DNA of 62,283 nucleotides, the filler included, from Nemertoderma westbladi (lineage: Eukaryota > Animalia > Xenacoelomorpha): assembly GCA_032718475.1 (NCBI GenBank). It is 4 parts of 4 records of this genome, joined end to end, with 100 filler letters (N's around TTAATTAATTAA, not from the genome) between each part and the next. Parts side by side here need not be neighbours in the genome. Positions count along the whole stretch, not along the records: positions 23,613 to 32,381 come from JAUCBJ010003896.1; positions 32,482 to 53,720 come from JAUCBJ010000512.1; 2 more parts are not named here. The stretch is one strand, 5' to 3'. Below the pieces are notes generated by a model that was not told where the DNA came from, ran no database searches, and saw only the letters and a program-made list of their open reading frames with translations. Shown one piece after another: positions 24,444 through 35,534 of the stretch; within the stretch, counting starts at the first letter, position 1; each line of letters starts with the position of its first letter. A program made the position numbers and the translations under genes.

Positions 24444-25584
24444 CAGGGTTGGCAACCAATGGTTTTTCTCACCATTGGTTTTTTATGGTTTTTTGGTTTA
24501 ACCAACTTTTAAAAAAAGGCGAAAAAATTGGTTTTTTATGGTTTTTTATGGTTTTTCATAAAATTTTACAATTAACGCTGGAAATAATATAAAGCAGACT
24601 GGTAGTCGCGTTTCTGCGTTTCTTTATCATTTTGCACTGTTAGAATGAAAAAATTCCGAACACTTTGAGTTCTGCTTGCGTTTCTTTTTCATTTTGCACT
24701 GTCTGACTGTTACATATGTAGAATGAAAAAATTTCACTCACTTTGAGTTTTGCTCTCGTTTCTTTTTCATTTTGCACTGTTAGAAGGAAAAAATTTCGCT
24801 CACTTTGAGTTTTGCTCGCGTTTCTTTATCTTATCATTTTGCACTGTTCAGCTGTTACTTTGAGTTTTGCTTCGTTTCTTTTTCATTTTGCACTGTTACA
24901 TATCTGCATATGTAGAATGAAAAAATTTCTCTCACTTTGAGTTTTGCTCGCGTTTCTTTTTCATCTGTTCATTTTGCAATGTTAATGAAAAGGTTTTGCT
25001 CGCTTCGCTGGCGTATGTTTCTCGTTTACATTGTTAAAATGTGGTGTGCGCGTTTTTTTTCGGTGCATGCGCGGTATTTCATATTGTCCAATATTGCGCG
25101 GCTGAAAAATTGCTGAATTGTGCGCAGGCGTTGTTCGCGGTTCAGTGGTGGTTTGCAGCCTGGCGTGCAGTGGAGCAGTGCAGACGTCTGGACGTTGGTA
25201 TGTATGTATTTTTACGTTGTATGTTGTTAGTATTTTGTCACATGCTGAACCCTGACATGGCTGCATGGGCTGATGGGTTGGATGAGAGTAAGGACAGAAC
25301 AGAACAGCAGAAGAAACGCTTCAAACCAGCATACTGACTGCTGGATGTGGCCTTATTCAGTTATTCCAGTATTTTGTTCTATTGGGCAAGCGCAAGGGTT
25401 GTACTGTCAGACTGTTGTATCTGTATGTAGGCCCTACATTTGTATGTATTGCTGTATTGGATTTAATTAAACCACAGAAAAACCATAAAAAACCATAAAA
25501 AACCGAAAAAAACCATAAAAAACCAAACAATAAAACCAAAACCAAAAATTTTTTTTCAAAAAACCATGGTTTTTGCCATCCCTG
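24444..25584. mobile_element. hAT-type MITE with 8-bp TSD and internal ~55-70-bp repeats
   Basis: TIR CAGGGTTGGCAA / TTGCCATCCCTG; TSD GGTGTAGG at 24436-24443 and 25585-25592; GGTTTTT / AAAAACC subterminal motifs. Confidence 0.9.
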
Positions 25585-25949
25585 GGTGTAGGGCGTACTT
25601 ACTACTGTACTAAGACTGTACTAGTCTGCTAGTAGGTACGGTAGTTCATTCAGTCATTAGCTGTTTTGTTCAATTTCTGAATTTAGACATAGCAGACAAA
25701 GGCCCTGCAAAATAATACGGTACTGACGGTCAGACGGTAGGCCTACAGTAATTCATTAATACAGCACCGGCAGACCGGTAATACAGCAGTACAGTACCGT
25801 TACTGCAGTAGGCTTAATCCTTATACATACACATTTTGCTATACAGGTAGGCCTATTTGTATTCCTTTCCTACCTGACCAGACATACTGACTGACATAGG
25901 CCCTATGTTACCGTACTAATTACAGAATTATTAATTTAATAAAATTACG

Positions 25950-27110
25950 ATGAATATTCATTCACATGATGAGGAATTGGGTCGTTTATTCGTTGGGGGT
26001 CTCCATCCATCCACCACTCCGCAATCCTTAGCGGAGTACTTCAGTCGGTTCGGGATGGTGGTGGATACAACCGTAATGACGGACTCCTCCACCAACCGTT
26101 CCAGAGGATTCGGTTTCGTTAAATTCCAAGAACCGAATTCTATAGAGGCTGTTTTAAGCGTTCCAGAACACGTGATCGATGGGAAGCGTGTCGATCCGAA
26201 ACAATGCGCCCCGAAGGGTCAGCAACCGCCCCGCGCCGCCACATTACAACAACGCGACCTAAAGAGAAAGATATTCGTGGGTGGGGTCCCTCAGGCCGTC
26301 GACGAATGCGAACTATTGCAATACTTCTCCGACCATGTTGGCCCCGTTGCCGAGGTTACACTGATGAGGGATATAACGAATAAATCGCGCGGATTCGGAT
26401 TTGTTATGTTTGAAACAGAAGATTTGGTTAAACTTGCTGTTGATGCTCATTATTTTGATGTTGGAGGTAAGAGGGTAGAGGTGAAAGCGGCTGAGCCGAG
26501 AGGCCCAAGTGGTGGCACAGCACCCATTCCAACAACATCAACTCGCATAACAGCGGAGAAACTTAAACAGGTCCAGCAGGTTCAGCAAGGGGTTGTCGGT
26601 CGATTGGCGTCGTTGAGTGTGACCCCGGGGCGAGGGGGTTCATCCCCCGGTGTGTTCGGTCTAGGTGGCGGCGGCGCCGGGCTCAACGGATCCGTTAATT
26701 ACAACACGCAGTGGTCGCCTGGGTTCGGGAGCGCGGCCGGCGGTCTGGGACGCGGTCCGGGCTACGGGATCCCCGCGGGACTGTCCCCCTTCGCGTCGCC
26801 CGGCCCCTACGGCCAGATCGGCTCGGGGCTGCACACCGGCTACCCCAGCGGGAACCCGTACGGCGCGGCGGGATACGGGGCCGCCACTACCGGCTCCTAC
26901 GGGTTCGGCGGCGCGGACCAGCCTACCAGTTACGGGTCCGGGAGTCCGGGCGGCGCGCCCTTCGCCAACTACCCCCAGGGTGGGTCGGCGTTCGCGCCTT
27001 CCCGTGGCTATGGTTACGATGCGACCTCGCCGTATGCCTATAACCAGACGCCGAGTCCCATAGCCGGAACTGCTGGTAATAAGGCAAGCTTCCATCAGTA
27101 TAGTCGATAG
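25950..27110 (+). CDS. DAZAP1: DAZ-associated protein 1 / Hrb27C-like hnRNP (2 RRMs + G/Y/P-rich low-complexity tail), single coding exon
   Basis: 'EELGRLFVGGL', 'RSRGFGFVKF', 'IDGKRVDPKQCAPKG', 'KIFVGGVP', 'VEVKAAEPR', C-terminal 'SFHQYSR' resembling the FHPYRR end of DAZAP1. Confidence 0.8.
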   Translation: MNIHSHDEELGRLFVGGLHPSTTPQSLAEYFSRFGMVVDTTVMTDSSTNRSRGFGFVKFQEPNSIEAVLSVPEHVIDGKRVDPKQCAPKGQQPPRAATLQQRDLKRKIFVGGVPQAVDECELLQYFSDHVGPVAEVTLMRDITNKSRGFGFVMFETEDLVKLAVDAHYFDVGGKRVEVKAAEPRGPSGGTAPIPTTSTRITAEKLKQVQQVQQGVVGRLASLSVTPGRGGSSPGVFGLGGGGAGLNGSVNYNTQWSPGFGSAAGGLGRGPGYGIPAGLSPFASPGPYGQIGSGLHTGYPSGNPYGAAGYGAATTGSYGFGGADQPTSYGSGSPGGAPFANYPQGGSAFAPSRGYGYDATSPYAYNQTPSPIAGTAGNKASFHQYSR

Positions 27111-28599
27111 TATCTACAGTGGTAGGAAGTCACTTGGCATTGAGTTTATTTTCCTTTTCTCTTTATACCGAAATAGGTGGATTTTCTGTAGGTAGTTTTT
27201 GTGTAGGTCTATGTTTATTACTATTCCGGACTACTTTGTATTGAAGTTGTTTATTGTAAGAATTGATTATCTATAGCGAATTTAACAAGAGGATAACATT
27301 TACCTTTTTTTTATTTTTGTCTGACGCTGATGATATATTATATATATATATATAACATTTATTTACCCATATATATATCGATATATGTAATATAATAACT
27401 TTTTCTAAATGTTATTTTTCCACAATTTGACCAGTACATTGCTTGGAGTGCTTCCCAATTGTATGTCCAAGTGGTGGTTTCGTTTGTAGTAATCGAACCA
27501 TCGCCTGTATTTCAGGTTTTCTTTTACAATTTTTATAAAATTTGTCTTTAAAATGTAATTTACATTAGTAGGTGTGTTGAAAGCAAATTGCAATGAAATG
27601 CGAAAATATTCTGTACATAAATTATTTGTTTGCAATAAATTATCTCAGTTCCTTTATATAACATATAATATGTGAGATGTGGTGGAATTATTATTTGCCT
27701 TTTTTAGATTAACACCATCTGAATTCCGACCGGCAACAACTAGAGAAAATACCAGTCCAGTAACTTAATCTGTATAATACTTACAGAGCTTTATGATATT
27801 GCAGTAATGCAATAATGTCTACAAACCTTTTGCACTGTGGTGTGTTCGTGTATTTTTTTTACTCAGCGTTAATTCACTTTAGCTTTGAACTGCTTTGCAC
27901 CGATGTTCTGATGACGTGACACTCTTTTCAGGGGTTTCTTTAATTGGACAGAGTTATTATTATAATTAATGGTTATTTTTTTATTTAGATCAATTATGTA
28001 CAACATTGTACCGGTTGGTCGCCAACTTATTGTACATAAATTGAGGCGGTTGGGAACAATTTATTATAATGAAATATAATTATAATAAGAATTGACGACG
28101 ATGGCTATTTTCTACACATGGGCTACTATTTTTTATGTTCTTGAGCTCCACCCTTTGGCTCAAAATGTACAGTATATGTTGCACAGTGCACATATTGCCA
28201 CTCGTCATTTTTTCAATTGATTTTTGTGTAATATTTAATATTTTGCCAATTATATTATGTATGTTTGGTTTAGTGTCTCTGTCCTGTTATCTTTCCTTTG
28301 TAGTTTCATAGTTTCTGTGATGTTGTCTTTGTACAATAATTTTCAGAATAATTAATTTTAATGTAAAAACAATTGTTATTCAATATTCATTTACATAATT
28401 TAATAATATCTCCATTTCAAAAATGTACCAATAAAAATACTGATTTTATTCTTCCCTTTATAAAAATTTGATAAATAGTTATATATTATATTCGTTGTTT
28501 TTTATGTTGTATTGTAGTGCAATAATACATGCGTCATAGAACTATGTATATAAAGTTGAATCACAACCCCTTGATTTACAATAAAACACATTGGTGGGG

Positions 28600-29203
28600 C
28601 CTTCGCGTAGCAGTACAATTAGTGGACCTGGTCACTTCTACCAAACCTTCGCGTAGCAGTACAATTAGTGGACCTGGTCACTTCTACCAAACCTTCGCGT
28701 AGCAGTACAATTAGTGGACCTGGTCACTTCTACCAAACCTTCGCGTAGCAGTACAATTAGTGGACCTGGTCACTTCTACCAAACCTTAGCGTAGCAGTAC
28801 AATCAGTGGACCTGATCACTTCTACCAAACCTTCGCGTAGCAGTACAATCAGTGGACCTGATCACTTCTACCAAACCTTCGCGTAGCAGTACAATTAGTG
28901 GACCTGGTCACTTCTACCAAACCTTCCCGTAGCAGTACAATTAGTGGACCTGGTCACTTCTACCAAACCTTCGCGTAGCAGTACAATCAGTGGACCTGGT
29001 CACTTCTACCAAACCTTCGCGTAGCAGTACAATTAGTGGACCTGGTCACTTCTACCAAACCTTCGCGTAGCAGTACAATCAGTGGACCTGGTCACTTCTA
29101 CCAAACCTTCCCGTAGCAGTACAATTAGTGGACCTGGTCACTTCTACCAAACCTTCCCGTAGCAGTACAATTAGTGGACCTGATCACCAAATTTCTACCA
29201 AAT
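28600..29203. repeat. 46-bp minisatellite, ~13 copies
   Basis: CCTTCGCGTAGCAGTACAATTAGTGGACCTGGTCACTTCTACCAAA. Confidence 0.95.
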
Positions 29204-29771
29204 TTCAGATTTATCTGATCGTTGGTTTATAATTATAGCTACCTCTGGGTTTCTTACAACTCGCCCCGACGTCGACAGGCATTACACTAATTATACCGCC
29301 ACGCAAAGGCTTACCTATACTTCGTGGCTCGCCCCACAATAAATCCAATATCCATTGTACTCACTACTCAGTGCACTTAATGTCATGTAGAGAGTTTAAT
29401 ACGGCGTTTGGTGTTGATAGTGTTAATTTCGTTAATATTTCGTTTCGTGTAAAAATAATAATCATTATTTTCCTGTAAAATTTAACATTTCGTTATGAAA
29501 TATATTCCATCGTATTGTGTAACTTTTCTTGGGTATTTCTCTGTTATTTTATTTGTTAAATTCGCTATATATAATAATGTATGTACATTATATTAGGGCG
29601 GAAAAAGTTGTTGTGGCTAAGATAATCAACACCAGAAGTGGTTTTTAACCTAATCCGAGTCTATAGGAAAAAAAACCGGCGGTAGTTATATCCATATAGC
29701 AGAGGGTAGATCAATTGACCGTTTTAAAATGCAAATACATATTTTTCAAAATGTTGTTGGAATTCCCTTAC

Positions 29772-30900
29772 AGACCTGTTTTTAGCCAGGGTTGACTTGG
29801 TGACTCAGACCCGCTGTTAGCCAAGGTTGACTTTCCGGCCTGTTGTTAGCCAGGGTTGACTTGGTGATTCAGAACTGTTGTTAGCCAGGGTTGACTTGGT
29901 GACTCAGACCTGTTGTTAGCCAGGGTTGACTTGGTGACTCAGACCTGTTGTTAGCCAGGGTTGACTTGGTGACTCAGACCTGTTGTTAGCCAGGGTTGAC
30001 TTGGTGACTCAGACCCGTTGATAGCCAGGGTTGACTTTCCGGCCTGTTGTTAGCCAGGGTTGACTTGGTGATTCAGAACTGTTGTTAGCCAGGGTTGACT
30101 TGGTGACTCAGACCCGTTGTTAGCCAAGGTTGACTTTCCGGCCTGTTGTTAGCCAGGGTTGACTTGGTGATTCAGAACTGTTGTTAGCCAGGGTTGACTT
30201 GGTGACTCAGACCCGTTGTTAGCCAAGGTTGACTTTCCGGCCTGTTGTTAGCCAGGGTTGACTTGGTGATTCAGAACTGTTGTTAGCCAGGGTTGACTTG
30301 GTGACTCAGATCTGTTGTTAGCCAGGGTTGACTTGGTGACTCAGACCTGTTGTTAGCCAAGGTTGACTTTCCGGCCTGTTGTTAGCCAGGGTTGACTTGG
30401 TGATTCAGAACTGTTGTTAGCCAGGGTTGACTTGGTGACTCAGACCCGTTGTTAGCCAAGGTTGACTTTCCGGCCTGTTGTTAGCCAGGGTTGACTTGGT
30501 GATTCAGAACTGTTGTTAGCCAGGGTTGACTTTCCGGCCTGTTGTTAGCCAGGGTTGACTTGGTGACTCAGACCCGTTGTTAGCCAAGGTTGACTTTCCG
30601 GCCTGTTGTTAGCCAGGGTTGACTTGGTGATTCAGAACTGTTGTTAGCCAGGGTTGACTTGGTGACTCAGACCCGTTGTTAGCCAAGGTTGACTTTCCGG
30701 CCTGTTGTTAGCCAGGGTTGACTTGGTGATTCAGAACTGTTGTTAGCCAGGGTTGACTTGGTGACTCAGACCTGTTGTTAGCCAGGGTTGACTTGGTGAC
30801 TCAGACCTGTTGTTAGCCAGGGTTGACTTGGTGACTCAGACCTGTTGTTTGCCAGGGTTGACTTGGTGACTCAGGCCTGTTGTTAGCCAGGGTTGACTTG
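29772..30900. repeat. 35-bp minisatellite with 99-bp higher-order (30+34+35) units
   Basis: AGACCTGTTGTTAGCCAGGGTTGACTTGGTGACTC; the CTTTCCGGCC variant recurs at 30035, 30134, 30233. Confidence 0.95.
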
Positions 30901-32034
30901 CCAGTGTTAATTAACCACATCTGGACACCCGACGCAATTGGCTTGTGTAAAAATTGACTACAACACTAAAATAATTAAGTACATACTTTGTCGTTTTTCA
31001 GTATTACTTTAGCTTTATAGCGTATGTATTATGTATTTTCCTATTCCTACGTACGTTTACGTATATAATCTGTCAATATAGTATGACTACATAATAATTA
31101 TTTTGTTTATCAGTGATATAACAATAAATAATAGACTCTAATTTAATCGTTCAAATTTAATTAAGATGTAACAGTATATGGGTTGTCTGGGGGGTTTGTA
31201 TCTATTATTCCTATGAAACCTCGAGTCGAGAGGTTTAGTAATGTAGTCGTTTTGTAATACAATATTTTACAAATAATTATTTTTATATCATAACTTTGTT
31301 GCAGCGTGCCACAATTAGTATAAGTACGCATACGCACACATTACATTACAACTACAGTTCATTTGTATTAGCAAGGAAACTTCATTTCAATTTAACTTTC
31401 TTATATTGTTTTTATCTGATATTTTAGTTTGCTTTTCTATGGCAATACGTATTGTATGTATGAAAAGGCAAGGCAGTATTATTATACAATAATTAATTAC
31501 AGTTAAATTATGCAATAGCTTAATAGTCAAATTTTACATAACCGTCAGTCAACTGAGGCTCCGTCACTTTTCCACAACTGTTTTTTTGCGCCCTAGTACC
31601 ACACATCATTCTGGCTTGATGTACGTACGTACGTATATGTATCTGTATATATACTTGTAACTAACTAAAAGTAACTAGATCTTATATACTGTACCTATTC
31701 TTACGTACCAATTATATACTGTACCTATTCTTACGTACCAATTATATATTTACCATACGTACTATCTTTAATACTTGAATTGTAATTTCTGTCTTGATAC
31801 ATATATATTCATATTCATAGCATATATATTACCCACGTATACCACGTATTTTTTTGTATTTTATTTTTGCTTTATTGAAGATTTTTTTCCATGGGCGCAA
31901 AATGTCAATAGCTGGTATCGAGATTTGATTTCAGACAGGATGCGATCAAGCAATGCATTGTGTCTGTTGTAGCAATGCCCATTGATTCGGGTACCGTATT
32001 TACTCGAATAAATGCCCACCCTCGAATAAACGCC

Positions 32035-32262
32035 GTCTGTCTCCGCCCGTCCGTCTATCTGTCCGTCCATCTGTCAGTCCGTCCGTCTATCAGTCCGTCC
32101 GTCTATCTGTCCGTCCGTCTATCAGTCCGTCCGTCTATCAGTCCGTCCGTCTATCTGTCCGTCCGTCCCTTTGTCCATCAGTCTGTCCGTCTGTCAGTCC
32201 GTCTGTCTGTCAGTCCGTCTTTCTGTTCGCCTCTCTGTCTATCCGTCTGTCTGTCCGTCTTT
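32035..32262. repeat. (CYGT)n-type compound microsatellite, possibly part of a Helentron/DINE-like element
   Basis: CCGT/CTGT/CTAT runs. Confidence 0.8.
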
Positions 32263-32381
32263 AATTAAAAATTCAATTGATAATAACTTTTGAAGCCTTT
32301 AACCAATTTCAACCATTTCAACAATTAATGTCAGCCTATGAAAGACCTACAAGAATGCACAAAAATGAGAGGAGTAAAATT

Positions 32382-32481
32382 NNNNNNNNNNNNNNNNNNN
32401 NNNNNNNNNNNNNNNNNNNNNNNNNTTAATTAATTAANNNNNNNNNNNNNNNNNNNNNNNNNNNNNNNNNNNNNNNNNNNN
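32382..32481. other. Artificial scaffold/concatenation linker
   Basis: N44-TTAATTAATTAA-N44. Confidence 0.95.
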
Positions 32482-33471
32482 AAGCACGAGTTTACATCGA
32501 CGATGGAGGACGCCCAGGACCGTCTAACAGAGACCGCCCAGCAGAAACACATCCTCCAAGCCAAACTCGATGGTCAAACAAAAATCGCGGTGTCACTCCA
32601 GGACGAAATGTTACGACGCAGCGAGCAGGTTAAGAACGAGTTCGAGTCGATACTGGCTCGACAACGGGAAATCGAGTCAGCAAACTCCAAACTGCAGGCT
32701 AGAACGCAGGATGTTAAATCGAATCTTCGGGATCTATACCTCACGGATTCCGAATACCTTGAGCTAAAGGCTTGTAACGAAGACGCGCTCTCCTTGCGCA
32801 ACTACGTCGCTGTGCGACTGTACGACGCCGTCTACCCACTGCGCAACGAGACACGGCAATGGCGGGAGCGCTGTCGTGTCGCGGAGAAACAGACCGAGCG
32901 CGGCGAGGAGCAGCTGGCGTTACTGCGAGAGGAAGTGGATCGGGAACGCCGGGAGGTCGAGGAAACACGGAATCGATGTCGGAAACTCAATTCCGAGTTG
33001 GGAGAATCCAAACAGAAGTTGCACAACGCGGGTTACAAAGCTGAGAACTACGACGGAGTGGAGAAAGAACGACGGCGGTTGGAGACTGAACTCGTGGAGG
33101 TGTCGACGAAACTCGAGAGAATCGAGTCGGAACGACGGGGGTTGTTAGACGAGAAGGACGGATTGGTGCGGACGCACTCGGTCGTCGATCAAGAAAACAA
33201 TCTACTTAAACAGGATAAGGAGTACCTCGGGATTCAAGTTAACGAGTTGTCCAGTAAACTCGTTGTAACCGAAGATCGTCTGGCCGAAACACAGACCGGG
33301 TTGGAGCGAGCCAAGCAAGCTCGGGAAGAGTTGTACGAGCAGTACGTGGATGCGAGGGAGTCCTCCAAGGCGGAGTACGAGCGCAGGCTACGGGAGGAGT
33401 TGGAGGAGATGAGAGAGAAGATGGACAGAGAGATAGCGAGGTTAAAGTCGTCTACAAAGGATATGTACGAG
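32482..33471 (+). CDS. PIBF1: Progesterone-induced blocking factor 1 (CEP90) coding exon, partial gene
   Basis: Coiled coil with 'LRDLYLTDSEYLELKA..LSLRNYVAVRLYDAVYPLR', 'LLKQDKEYL', 'AREELYEQY', 'KDMYE'; frame is open from the gap edge; likely donor GAG|GTTGGT at 33471/33472. Confidence 0.85.
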
Positions 33472-34000
33472 GTTGGTTGGGTTCATTAAAAATATTAATT
33501 TATTTGATCGTCAAGTGATGCTGTAGATAATTTGATTGTGTCGACTTTATAGTCAAGTAGACATTTTGGTGACCACGGCACGGCTCAAATTGGGTATGAC
33601 TGCAGTTTTTCTCAAAGTGTGTACGTGTATTAGACTTTTGAATTTTCGTCTGATTCGCAGTATTAATTTCAAAGCCAGCTGCCATTTTATTAGCCCTGAT
33701 TTTTTGATTATTGATAGTAACAATGTGTTGGCAAGCTGTATTTATCAAGGTGTTTGTTATTATACATTTATTATATATGAAGGGATCTAGGAATCTTAAC
33801 CTCGAGTGATAAGTTTATTTTACCGAAAATAACTTATCTTTTATTGGCGCAAATGTAGGATTAATCCCATCACCTGCGTACTTTTTAACCGGGTATTGTA
33901 CAAATTTAGGAATCGCGTAATTTTTATTGAAAATGCAGGAAAAATGTAAAAGAAAAATTGGAAATGGCAGCTGGCTTTGAAATTAAACTGCATATCTCAA

Positions 34001-34063
34001 GAACCTGTGGCCTAGTGGTTGTTATCTCGGCTTCCACCTCGAGGTCCCAGGTTCGAATCCGAC
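34001..34063 (+). promoter_or_regulatory. tRNA-derived Pol III head (A box + B box)
   Basis: A box TGGCCTAGTGG 34008-34018; B box GGTTCGAATCC 34050-34060; canonical spacing; no complete cloverleaf. Confidence 0.8.
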
Positions 34064-34111
34064 ACCACGCTGATGAGACCTAGTAAGGTCGAAACGCGTA
34101 CGTGGTTTGGA
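34058..34111 (+). ncRNA. Intact minimal type I hammerhead ribozyme (family 2)
   Basis: ACCACG-CUGAUGA-GACCU agua AGGUC-GAAACGCGUA^CGUGGU; stem I extended by UCCGA/UUGGA; palindromic stem III ACGCGU. Confidence 0.9.
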
Positions 34112-35534
34112 GAGATATGAGATATTAATTTCAAGAAAAATTACGCGATTCCTAAATTTGTACACTACCCGGTTAAAAAGTACGCATGTGATGGGATTAA
34201 TCCTACATTTGCGCCAATAAAAGATAAGTTATTTTCGGTAAAATAAACTTGTCATTCAAGGTAAAGACCCCTAGATCCCTTCATATATAATAAATATATA
34301 ATAACGAACCTGTCTTTATTTAGACTGGGTAGTTTTTGTCTAAAGCTGAGGCCGGCAAAAACACGATGGATATATATATTTACCTATATCACTATATATG
34401 TCACTATGTATGTTCACCAAATGGCTTGAAACCACTTGCATGCATTGTAAAATTGTAAACGCAAGTATTTATCAATTGTTGTCTAGTTGTTGAATAAAAA
34501 AGTTGGGAACGATTCGAAGTGCGATATTCGAAATATTTGCATATTTTCAACATTATTGAACGCGAAATTAAATACCCACAACTCCCTTGCTTGAAATGTT
34601 TTTCAGGTGATTGATATTTAGCAATTATTATGAGGTTACCTACTACTGAAATCTGACAGAATGCCAAACGTATTATTATAGTTCTATCTCTATTCAGCCA
34701 GTTAGTGTAATGTCAAGCAGTACATCATTTATATATCGTATGTATCTATAGGGCCTAATTGTCATCGTTATAATACTGTCATCAACTTAGGCTAAGCTCA
34801 ATTGTAATGCAAAGGCTTAGTAGGTTTTGTATATCTGGGACGTTTACAACAGCTGTCGATTAAACTAACAAAACCATAAAACTGAACCAGGGTGGCTGCC
34901 AGCCGGGTACCAACGGCTGTTGGGTAGACTTAAGGGAACATTTCACAAACTTTCATAGGATGCTTGTACATGTACATTATATTGGTTGCTCCGATGTTTT
35001 TATTAGGCTAACTGAGAATGTATCAGGTATAAATACTGTAATTATAGTGTTCTTTATTTTATTTATCTAATACAGAAAAGACCCCTCCGCAGAATAAACT
35101 GCTCTTTTGGGACCGTTTCTCAGGTTGCGGATATGGATACCATTTCACACATCATCGTAGTAATTGTGATTATGATTATGATATAGGCGAATGTGTATTA
35201 CATTAGATGGGAGGCAGTTTTTTGGTTGATGCAAGTCATTCTTGGTTTGCATCTTCCAATCCCATCTGTTTCTTGGAGTCTGTGTAAGACAGGTTCGTTT
35301 AAAGCCATCTTGATGGCGTTCTAGTAACAAACACCTCGAAATATACAGCTTGCCAACACATTGTTACTATCAATAATAAAATATTAAGAACACTCACTAT
35401 TTACATCTGCAAACTGTCATTTAAATAATAAAATTACTTAGAGTTTTCAGAAATGCAAAAAAAGAATTAAAATATTTAGAATTTGCAGAGACGAAGATAA
35501 TAAAATTAATTAGCCTAACTTCGTTCTGATCCCG

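Larger units (their letters stand above)
33756..34305. repeat. ~175-bp inverted repeat (33756-33932 / 34129-34305) enclosing a tRNA-hammerhead cassette
   Basis: e.g. TATTGGCGCAAATGTAGGATTAATCCCATCAC vs GTGATGGGATTAATCCTACATTTGCGCCAATA. Confidence 0.9.

Noticed and set aside
26661-27095. Overlapping alternative and antisense ORFs in the RRM gene
   Set aside because: Expected from stop-poor GC-rich sequence; no recognisable domains.
27320-27930. Other CTGATGA words (~27327, ~27908) as hammerheads or snoRNA C boxes
   Set aside because: No downstream stem-GAAA and no convincing D box with terminal stem.
31960-32268. 102-aa S/V/L/P-rich ORF
   Set aside because: Translation of a GTCY microsatellite.
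33472-33489. PIBF1 C-terminus 'VGWVH*'
   Set aside because: Probably intron read-through after the donor site; the known protein continues well beyond 'MYE'.
34001-34075. Functional tRNA gene
   Set aside because: Acceptor and T stems do not pair properly; the 3' part is replaced by the hammerhead.
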